The position numbers and the translations under genes were made by a program. DNA of 38,082 nt from a virus. This document shows, one piece after another, positions 26,801 through 33,459 of the stretch. How positions within the stretch are numbered: position 1 is the first letter of the stretch; every line of letters begins with the position of its first letter. The stretch is taken from the IMG/VR virus record IMGVR_UViG_3300027693_000002. One strand, given 5' to 3'. A model generated the notes under the pieces. The model was not told where the DNA came from and did not search any database. It worked only from the letters and a program-made list of their open reading frames with translations.

Positions 26801-27106
26801 ATGAACCAACGAGATATGCCACCAGGGACCAAGGTGGCTTACACAGGTAAGTTCCTACGTTCGGCGGGCCTCTACACGGGTTCAGCGGGCCTTGACCAGT
26901 TCGTAGTCCAAGAGTGCCACTGCCCTCACTGCAAGGGCAAGACTCGGGTAGCCGTCAACCGGCTCGCTTCTTGGACCGATCCCCATGAGCCTGGGTACGA
27001 CCCCGAGTACGCTCGTGATCTCAAGGCTGAGGTGGGGAACACCTGGCTGCACATAAGTCCGACGGCCCTCTACGTGGTAGGGGAGTTGGACCCAAGGAAC
27101 GTCTGA
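26801..27106 (+). CDS. hypothetical protein with a CHCPHC motif (101 aa)
   Basis: ORF. Confidence 0.45.
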   Translation: MNQRDMPPGTKVAYTGKFLRSAGLYTGSAGLDQFVVQECHCPHCKGKTRVAVNRLASWTDPHEPGYDPEYARDLKAEVGNTWLHISPTALYVVGELDPRNV

Positions 27107-27149
27107 CTTCGTTGGACTGTCTCGCCCCGAGACGGGGTATTAGGTCCCC

Positions 27150-27422
27150 ATGGACCTAAAAAGGTACGAGAGCAAGGTGACGGCCCTTCTAAACCTACTT
27201 AGGGAGCACGAAGTCCTGTCCTCTCAGCTACCAATTGGGTTCTCAGAAGCTTGCTTCGTTGCTGAGGAGTTCGGCCTGGCCTACGCCAGAAAAGACCTCA
27301 CCTTAACGTCAAGGGACAAGGCTATCTGGGTATGGAGGATCACCGACGCTGGTCGCCGTTGGCTCAAAGAGCGAGAGCATCCTGAAGTCCCTCCGACAGA
27401 AGTTCTCCCCACGAAGGATTGA
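27150..27422 (+). CDS. family E small protein (90 aa)
   Basis: Paralogue of 28412..28666 (MDL.KYESK..ALL..LR.H..LS..LP.G..EAC..AEE.GLAYARKD..L.S..KAIW.WRIT..G..WLK.RE.PEVPPT). A GTATTAGG box precedes the ATG. Confidence 0.6.
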   Translation: MDLKRYESKVTALLNLLREHEVLSSQLPIGFSEACFVAEEFGLAYARKDLTLTSRDKAIWVWRITDAGRRWLKEREHPEVPPTEVLPTKD

Positions 27423-27452
27423 GTTTCTGAGCCCTTATGCGTAATACTGGGC
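27419..27452 (+). promoter_or_regulatory. consensus leaderless promoter
   Basis: TTGAGT (27419-27424) overlaps the stop of the previous gene; GCGTAATA (27439-27446); then ATG at 27453. Confidence 0.6.
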
Positions 27453-27671
27453 ATGCCGAATGAAGACCATCAGGTGGTGCTTGGAATCCAAGTAAAGAAG
27501 AACGCAAAGGGGATGCGAGTGGGAGCCTCGAAAGAGGTTTTCCACATGACGATTGGGCTGAGCCAGAAGGCCATGATCCTTCCGGGTCGTCACTTGGTGG
27601 TGCTCGGGACCCGACGTTACCGGGTAGAGGTCGACCAGAACAAGAACCTCAAGATTACTCGTACGGTTTGA
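27453..27671 (+). CDS. hypothetical basic protein (72 aa)
   Basis: A frameshifted remnant of its 5' end, with its own promoter, recurs at 31651. Confidence 0.6.
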   Translation: MPNEDHQVVLGIQVKKNAKGMRVGASKEVFHMTIGLSQKAMILPGRHLVVLGTRRYRVEVDQNKNLKITRTV

Positions 27672-27724
27672 CCTAAGTTCAAGAGATAGGGGGAGTGATC
27701 CACAGACTTGGGTCACTCCCTCGT

Positions 27725-27900
27725 TATCCATGTAAGCAAATACGTGGTTCGTTACTATTGATACGAACAGTGCACTCGCTTACATGTAGTTTTTGCTCAC
27801 GTTCGTTACTATTGATACGAAAGCTAAGGTTGCCTACACGTAAGTATCAAGCACGTTCGAATCTATAGTAATGAACACGATTTTGGTCTACGTGTAGTAT
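27725..27900. repeat. R1 inverted-repeat element, copy 3, plus two extra direct copies of the 19-21-mer GTTCGTTACTATTGATACGAA
   Basis: 19-21-mers at 27748-27768 and 27802-27822 in one orientation, and CGAATCTATAGTAATGAAC at 27858-27875 inverted. Termini are GCCTACACGTAAGT / CTACGTGTAGT. CATGTAAGC...GCTTACATG flanks the first 19-21-mer. Confidence 0.65.
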
Positions 27901-27945
27901 GAGGAGACCACTTGACCGCCCTGAAGGTCAGCCAACAAGTATCTC

Positions 27946-28325
27946 CTCTTGACCACTTGACCGCCCTGAGGTATCCTCCGGGGGTCGTAAGTTCATCTTG
28001 CCCAGCACCCGAACAGGCCCAGAGCCTTCCTTCTGGGGTTAGCGAGGCAGAGTGAACCTCCTACGACACTCATCCTAGATGAAGATACCATGCCTCAGCT
28101 AGGCCGAACCGGCCCTGCTAGGTCAAAGTAAGCTGACGATCTCTGTTCCCTGGAATGAGCCAATCCTTCCTCTTAGTAGGTAAACACAGGCTACGAGGGA
28201 CGCCCGAGTCCGAGTGCTGAAACGACCTAAACGGAACCGAAGTAGGACAAGTAGCTCAAATCTCAGCCTGAATCCCTTTGCTTTCGGAGCAATTGATTGG
28301 AAACGGGCTAAAAGTGCATTTACTT
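27946..28325. repeat. R2 large intergenic repeat, copy B (~380 nt)
   Basis: See copy A. It is preceded by two tandem copies of ACCACTTGACCGCCCTGA(A)GG (27905-27965). Confidence 0.75.
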
Positions 28326-28411
28326 GATTAACTACATCTCCTAGGACTAGCTGGACACCCTCACCCACCCCAGTTAGAATACATCCCAGAACGGGGTGAG
28401 CCGTATTCACG

Positions 28412-28666
28412 ATGGACCTAACCAAGTACGAAAGTAAGATAGCGGCCCTCCTAATCGTACTCAGAGGTCACGACATCCTGTCCCCCAACCTACCTAGCGG
28501 GTCCGCAGAGGCTTGTTCCATCGCCGAAGAGCTCGGCCTGGCCTACGCCAGAAAAGACGTCCACCTGTCATCCAGCATGAAAGCTATCTGGATTTGGAGG
28601 ATCACCGCCTCCGGTTGCCAATGGCTCAAAGATCGGGAGCGTCCTGAAGTACCCCCGACAGATTGA
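28412..28666 (+). CDS. family E small protein (84 aa)
   Basis: Paralogue of 27150. Confidence 0.6.
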   Translation: MDLTKYESKIAALLIVLRGHDILSPNLPSGSAEACSIAEELGLAYARKDVHLSSSMKAIWIWRITASGCQWLKDRERPEVPPTD

Positions 28667-28702
28667 GTTTGGAAACGGGCTAAAGGTGTATTTGGGGGTA
28701 CG

Positions 28703-28900
28703 ATGTCACCGATATCTCGTCAGGAGAAGAGCCTATTGGAGAGGGAGAGTCCTGGGGATCCTGCTGGGGATCTTCGGGAGAGGGACCGGCTCAGGAAGCA
28801 GCATGAGCGGGCACAGGATCCGGACAACATGAGGCTAATCCAAGCGTTACGTGAGTTTCTAGGGCTACAACCGCTACCTGGGATCCCAGAAAGAAAGTGA
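28703..28900 (+). CDS. hypothetical charged protein (65 aa)
   Basis: It is preceded by TTGAGT plus the GGAAACGGGCTAAAGGTGTATTTGGGGG element, but has no GCGTAATA box. Confidence 0.4.
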   Translation: MSPISRQEKSLLERESPGDPAGDLRERDRLRKQHERAQDPDNMRLIQALREFLGLQPLPGIPERK

Positions 28901-28909
28901 AGAACCTGG

Positions 28910-28943
28910 TTGAGGGTCCACCTCCTCGCGCGTAATAATAGGC
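28910..28943 (+). promoter_or_regulatory. consensus promoter with no ORF at the canonical position (ACG replaces ATG); it feeds a long hairpin
   Basis: TTGAGG (28910-28915), 14-nt spacer, GCGTAATA (28930-28937), ataggc, then ACG. Confidence 0.55.
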
Positions 28944-28944
28944 A

Positions 28945-29039
28945 CGAAGGTCAGAAGCTAAACCCCTCCTTGACTAGCTGTAGTGGGGTCCTTGACTAGC
29001 TGTAGTGGTTAGTGGGAGGGGTTTAGTTCCTGACCTTCG
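28945..29039 (+). ncRNA. 95-nt hairpin leader / ncRNA candidate. The ~25-bp stem has a 4-nt internal mismatch. The 45-nt loop holds two tandem copies of CCTTGACTAGCTGTAGTGG.
   Basis: The 5' arm CGAAGGTCAGAAGCTAAACCCCTCC (28945-28969) pairs with GGAGGGGTTTAGTTCCTGACCTTCG (29015-29039). The predicted transcription start of the upstream promoter is at about 28944. Confidence 0.45.
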
Positions 29040-29050
29040 TAGTCGGAACC

Positions 29051-29407
29051 GTGGGAGACATCGAAGTGAAGTTCATCGAGAAAACGACGTTACGGAATTG
29101 CGGCCCCGTTGATCAAGAGGAGGATTCGCCGGTGCACGGATCCCTTCTCGTGGGAGAAGAGTGTGTCGGAACCTACGAAGACCGACGGTCTTCGTGCGGG
29201 TATGACTTCGTTGAGGTTTTCCCCGCGTACCATCGTGGGGCGAAAGCGTGGCTGCTCACGGCTACGTGGTCCCCTGCTCGGGGGTACTCGGCAAGCGGGG
29301 TCCAGGATGCGGTGGTCCCCTTCGAGGAGGGGGTTCGAATTCTGCTCACTCATGGGGCATACGCGCATCTTTGGAAGTCAACTGGATTGGAGTACTTGGT
29401 GAAGTGA
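29051..29407 (+). CDS. hypothetical protein (118 aa), GTG start, 11 nt after the hairpin
   Basis: ORF. Its TGA stop overlaps the GTG start of the next gene (GTGA). Confidence 0.4.
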   Translation: MGDIEVKFIEKTTLRNCGPVDQEEDSPVHGSLLVGEECVGTYEDRRSSCGYDFVEVFPAYHRGAKAWLLTATWSPARGYSASGVQDAVVPFEEGVRILLTHGAYAHLWKSTGLEYLVK

Positions 29408-29802
29408 CCAAGCTCACCAACTCGCAAAAGTCCTTACTGAGATCTATCCAGGCTCTCTCATCTGAGGGTAACAGGTCAGTAGAGGTCTTACCTTCCGAGA
29501 TTACGACAGCCAAGGCCCTCGAGCGAAAGGGGCTCGTCACCCTTCACTCCACCCAGGTAGGGGGCAGGGAGTCCTACGAGGCCACCCTGGTAGTGATCGA
29601 CTCCCGGCGTGAGGTCATTGGGGTCATCGAGGAGTTCATGGTTCAGCTCCAATCCGCCTGCCGAGCCCTCGAAACGGAATCCGACTCAAGTACTCTCTTC
29701 GAGCACATGAGTACCGTTATGAGCCACGGGAGAATCGAATCGCTCCGCATAGCTCTTCGCAATCGGGCCCTCGAGCTCTACGAGGAAAAGAAGGGCTCGT
29801 AG
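29404..29802 (+). CDS. winged-helix-like small protein candidate (133 aa from a GTG start)
   Basis: The frame matches the track ORF 29248..29802, but its N-terminal 52 aa look non-coding (Gly-rich). A GTG at 29404 is coupled to the upstream stop. The stretch KSLLRSIQALSSEGNRSVEVLPSEITTAKALERKGLVTL resembles MarR/wHTH helices. Confidence 0.4.
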   Translation: MTKLTNSQKSLLRSIQALSSEGNRSVEVLPSEITTAKALERKGLVTLHSTQVGGRESYEATLVVIDSRREVIGVIEEFMVQLQSACRALETESDSSTLFEHMSTVMSHGRIESLRIALRNRALELYEEKKGS

Positions 29803-29814
29803 ACCGCTCCCCGG

Positions 29815-29849
29815 TTGAGTTTCACCCGCCCTCAGGCGTAATAAGGTTC
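29815..29849 (+). promoter_or_regulatory. consensus leaderless promoter
   Basis: TTGAGT (29815-29820), 15-nt spacer, GCGTAATA (29836-29843), then ATG at 29850. Confidence 0.6.
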
Positions 29850-30284
29850 ATGTCACTTCAACACTTGTTAGCCGAGGCCCTCTGCGCAACCTTCACCAGC
29901 ATGTGTGGGAAGTGGCAAGCCAAGAAGCCTTCCCCCAAGGCCTTCGTGGTGAGCTTCAAGACCTCCATTAACTCCGACAAGGAAGAGGGTCACCGTTACG
30001 TCGACCTAGCCCTCTACGCTTCCCACAACTACGTCAACGTCTACTCACGAGAGCGCTGGAATACAATCCCACTCGAGGATATGGAGTGGGACGAGGAAGC
30101 CCAAGAGATGATGCCCTCGAAGGGCAAGGGCTATACCAAGGGTGAGACCCCTTGGAAGCTCCTAGTCTCCCATGACACGGGCTGGTCGGAGGCGGTGGAG
30201 GACTTCCTCCAGGCGAACGCCTCCAAGGTGAACGCCTTCGAGGGCAACTTTTACAAGCTCGTGGACGCTACCGAGTTCGAGTGA
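29850..30284 (+). CDS. hypothetical protein (144 aa)
   Basis: ORF at the promoter. Confidence 0.6.
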   Translation: MSLQHLLAEALCATFTSMCGKWQAKKPSPKAFVVSFKTSINSDKEEGHRYVDLALYASHNYVNVYSRERWNTIPLEDMEWDEEAQEMMPSKGKGYTKGETPWKLLVSHDTGWSEAVEDFLQANASKVNAFEGNFYKLVDATEFE

Positions 30285-30285
30285 A

Positions 30286-30380
30286 GGTTGCAAAACCAGT
30301 ACCAGCCAACCCCCTCCGGAGCCACTCCACAGGGGGTTGAAGTGCCCTCCAACCTCCAACCCTGATACTTTGATTGCAGA
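30286..30380 (+). repeat. conserved ~95-nt 3'-UTR element, copy 2
   Basis: See 3328-3420. It starts 2 nt after the stop of 29850..30284, just as copy 1 starts after the stop of 2978..3310. Confidence 0.6.
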
Positions 30381-30673
30381 GAACCTACATGCCAACGCCT
30401 CGCAAGAAGCCCACCAAGAAAGTCCACGAGCTCAACCGGAACCTCTTCATCGAATGGTCCAAGGGGACACTCCTGAAGAGGGATCGGAAGGGACGCTGCC
30501 TGGTATTGGACGGCTCGGACTTCGCTCGTAAGTGTGAGGCAGCCGAGGCCGATCTGGAACTGGGGGCTACGCTCTACCTCACTGACGACGCTGGCAAGCG
30601 GATCACTAAGATCACTTCCGATGGGAAGGGTTACGAGGAAGTTCTGGTGACCCGCTACCGGAAGCTATCCTAG
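30374..30673 (+). CDS. hypothetical basic protein (99 aa)
   Basis: ORF that begins inside the tail of the 95-nt element. Confidence 0.45.
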   Translation: MQRTYMPTPRKKPTKKVHELNRNLFIEWSKGTLLKRDRKGRCLVLDGSDFARKCEAAEADLELGATLYLTDDAGKRITKITSDGKGYEEVLVTRYRKLS

Positions 30674-30840
30674 AGAGACATCCTACGCTGGCACGACGAG
30701 TATCTTACGGCCTCAGGCTCATGGCTCCCTGTCTATAGCAAGGCCTCAGGCTCATGGCATACAGTGGGAAGGCATCCCTACCCCGGAACCGAGTATCGAA
30801 GGCCCCTACCCAAGCGTAAGAACTCCTCTTAAAGCCCACC

Positions 30841-31155
30841 ATGCACCTGGTAGTGAACCTCGATGACTACGCCTGGCTCATCCTACCAAGGCGTAGTGTG
30901 GCCCATGCGTTCGCCAGAGGTGCCTCAAGAGGCCTCTGTGGAATGACAAAGTCCTACCCCCTAGAACACTTGACTGCATCTACACCTACGACACGTAGGT
31001 GCGAAGCTTGCCTTATGTCACTTGTATCAGGGGTAAGCTCTGCTGAATACAAGTTCTTCCTAGGATTTGTCCCAGAGAAGGCCAGGCTGCGACGCCGGTC
31101 CGCCTGGAAGGCTTTCCTACGTGAACACCGTTCTGTGAAACTTACTCAAAGTTAG
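30841..31155 (+). CDS. hypothetical protein (104 aa), weak
   Basis: ORF only. Confidence 0.25.
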   Translation: MHLVVNLDDYAWLILPRRSVAHAFARGASRGLCGMTKSYPLEHLTASTPTTRRCEACLMSLVSGVSSAEYKFFLGFVPEKARLRRRSAWKAFLREHRSVKLTQS

Positions 31156-31616
31156 CTTTGATGTTCACTTCCTGCTTCAACGAATCATAACTCGTAGTCC
31201 GAAGTTTCCCTCGTTCCGCCGTTAGAGGGTTCTCCACAGGCTTTCAGAGATCATAGATCTCCACGTTTCCCCTAAACTATGGGTACGTTAAACCTACGTA
31301 AAGTTGGTTCTTTTCTTGATTCCTCAAGTCTTTTACCGCAACAAGGACAACGACATTGCGCCTTCGGCGCAAGTCTTTCGTGTTGCGAACCACTTAGACT
31401 TGCTTTTCAAGGATCATCTCAGGTCTTCCCTTGGTTTTCGGGTTTAGTTGCCTGAGTCCACGAACCTTGATTCAGTCCTGAGAAAATGTCAAGCTAATCT
31501 GGTTTGATCAACTTTGATCAACTTTTCTTTCAGCTGCTCCAACCCCCAATACGGTCCGCCCTCTTGGAGGGACCGCTCCATTGGAGCAGGAAAGTGACCC
31601 GGCACTAAGAAAGACG

Positions 31617-31650
31617 TTGAGTCCATCCAAGCTCATGCGTAATACTGGCC
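31617..31650 (+). promoter_or_regulatory. consensus promoter driving a decayed gene copy
   Basis: TTGAGT (31617-31622), 14-nt spacer, GCGTAATA (31637-31644), then ATG at 31651. Confidence 0.55.
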
Positions 31651-31662
31651 ATGACCGAATGA
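31651..31662 (+). pseudogene. remnant of the 27453 gene's 5' end (ATGaCCGAATGAgg versus ATGCCGAATGAAG), frameshifted by a 1-nt insertion so that a stop follows after 3 codons
   Basis: Direct comparison of the two promoter-plus-start regions. Confidence 0.45.
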
Positions 31663-31744
31663 GGCTCCTGTAACGTAAGAGGTATATTCCTCAGAGGGAG
31701 CGTACCCGACCAGCGGACGATGTCTCAGATGCAATGTCGGGTGA

Positions 31745-31769
31745 TAGGGTTCGATTCCCTAGGGGAGTC
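31745..31769 (+). other. tRNA-like T-arm plus 3' acceptor fragment (TAGGG-TTCGATT-CCCTA-GGGGAGT-C)
   Basis: A canonical T-loop (TTCGATT) with a 5-bp stem. A possible 5' acceptor partner, ATTCCTC, lies at 31686-31692. I could not fold a convincing D arm or anticodon arm, so this is not called a tRNA. Confidence 0.2.
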
Positions 31770-31833
31770 TCAAATGGTCTACTGGTCAGGACTTCTAACC
31801 TAAGTACCACAACAACAAACCTGACTAGTGCAC

Positions 31834-31875
31834 CGACAAGGGCGACAAGGCTACTTCCAGCCCTGTCGCCCTTGT
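31834..31875 (+). terminator. 13-bp stem hairpin (GACAAGGGCGACA / TGTCGCCCTTGTC), terminator-like
   Basis: Strong GC hairpin followed by CTATTCC. Confidence 0.35.
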
Positions 31876-32025
31876 CCTATTCCATCCTCAGCTCTACGCC
31901 CCCACCTTAGCCTGGTGCTTCGCAACCCTGCTGTAGGTATGGCCAGCTAGCCTACTACTCTGCCTAGTATTTCGGCCCTCGGTGCTACCAACCTCTCGTT
32001 GGCATGCTATTTTCCTATACTCTAT

Positions 32026-32060
32026 GTGTAAGGCAGGGCACATTGTGCCCTGCCTTACAC
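32026..32060. other. perfect palindrome GTGTAAGGCAGGGCACA-T-TGTGCCCTGCCTTACAC in the non-coding region
   Basis: Read directly from the sequence. ACACA/TGTGTG-rich repeats that follow (32061-32130) resemble those at 12969-13018. Confidence 0.6.
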
Positions 32061-32738
32061 ACAATCAAACAAGAGCAACACACAATCAACACAATGCATA
32101 TGAGTTGTGTGTGAACTGTGTGTCAATAATGGCACGAAACACGCGCGAAGCGCAGGTTGTGTGTTGAACTTTTAGTAGAAATTCGATTGATTATCCCCTG
32201 GCCGCCCGGCCCAGAGGGTTTCGGGGCGTATTCAGTTAACGAGATCTACTGGTGCGGTAGAAGAATTATCCTGTCCGACCGGTCAAGGCGCCTACGGCGC
32301 GGTGAAAGGTAAGAACTCGAGTTCGTGATATTGCTCGAGTTTATGAGAAAACTTGAATTTCAAGGGAGTGTTTGGGTTCGGACGAGGCCTCAAGTCAAGG
32401 CGCCTACGGCGCGGTGAGGGGTTGGGGAATCCAGGATAATTCCGATTGTAAGCATGGGGTTGGGGTCAAAAGGGGACCCGTGGAAGACAGGGTGGGACCT
32501 TCAAAAAGTGGCCCGGCGGCTAAAAATTCGGTGTCCGGGGAAGGTGCGCGGATCGCGAAATGTAGTATGGTGGCTTAAAATTTGGAAACTCGATAATTAT
32601 CGGCCAAGTAACCAACGATGTCTAGGCGGGCGGAACGAGTGGTTCCGGCCGCTATTGCTCATGAGTCCTTGGAGAGAACGTGATACCTGAGCTGACTCGC
32701 CATGGTGTGCTGCCACCAAGCCCGGTGTATGTTGTTAG

Positions 32739-33056
32739 ATGATCGAAAAGGGATCTTGCAAGTGCATGTGGGACCTGACGAGTGAGGGGATCGAGCTTGT
32801 TAAGAGCGAGTATCGGAGCAACCACAAGAAGCTCTTTGAGCTGAGCCTCTCCCATCAGGAAGGGGGTCTTTTTTCTGAAGAGCATCTTCGAGTGGCACGA
32901 TACTTTGGTGACTTCTTCAATCTTGAAGGCCCAGAGGAGTGGTTGCCGGGTTTCTGCCAGGCCCTTAAGCACGAGTCTTCGAGTAGTGACCACAATGGGG
33001 ACACGTTCCAGGTTTTGGAAACCGACCTTCAAGGACGTGTTCGACAGGAACCTTAG
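32739..33056 (+). CDS. hypothetical protein (105 aa)
   Basis: More protein-like than the overlapping Pro-rich 246-aa minus-strand ORF. TATGTT lies 5 nt before the ATG. Confidence 0.4.
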   Translation: MIEKGSCKCMWDLTSEGIELVKSEYRSNHKKLFELSLSHQEGGLFSEEHLRVARYFGDFFNLEGPEEWLPGFCQALKHESSSSDHNGDTFQVLETDLQGRVRQEP

Positions 33057-33058
33057 CC

Positions 33059-33421
33059 ATGACTCTACCGAAGATTTACGCACACATAGCGCCTGACGGA
33101 CGACTTTTGGAAGCTCGAACGGAGCCACCGGTATCGGTGATGACGATAGGAGGGCGGGTCTATGAGTACACTCCTGTGGGGGTGCCGGTTGATCTAGCTG
33201 CCCCTGACCAAGTAGAAGCATTACTGACCAAGCTGGCCCTTTTGGTACGTTCTGGGTGCAAGGAGATTCTTGGACGGGACTTTTCCGAAGATGAGAAGGC
33301 GCATCTCTCACGGGGGTACGAGGCCCTGGAGGGGATAGTTCAAGATATTGTCCTTGGGGAGCCGGTAGCTTTTGTTGCGACCGAGGGGTCAAGTACGGCG
33401 GACAAAGAATGTTTATCTTAG
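33059..33421 (+). CDS. hypothetical protein (120 aa)
   Basis: Adjacent to the previous ORF, 2 nt after its stop. Confidence 0.45.
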   Translation: MTLPKIYAHIAPDGRLLEARTEPPVSVMTIGGRVYEYTPVGVPVDLAAPDQVEALLTKLALLVRSGCKEILGRDFSEDEKAHLSRGYEALEGIVQDIVLGEPVAFVATEGSSTADKECLS

Positions 33422-33459
33422 ACCTTTAGACGTAATAGGATGGTACTTTGGCAACCAGA

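Noticed and set aside
31686-31772. A complete type-II tRNA gene
   Set aside because: The T-arm and a possible acceptor pairing are present, but no D arm with GG or 5-bp anticodon stem with a 7-nt loop could be folded, and no CCA is encoded. It is reported only as a tRNA-like fragment.
32652-33392. 246-aa minus-strand ORF
   Set aside because: It is Pro/Ser/Leu-rich and low-complexity. It is antisense to two adjacent protein-like plus-strand ORFs (32739..33056 and 33059..33421).
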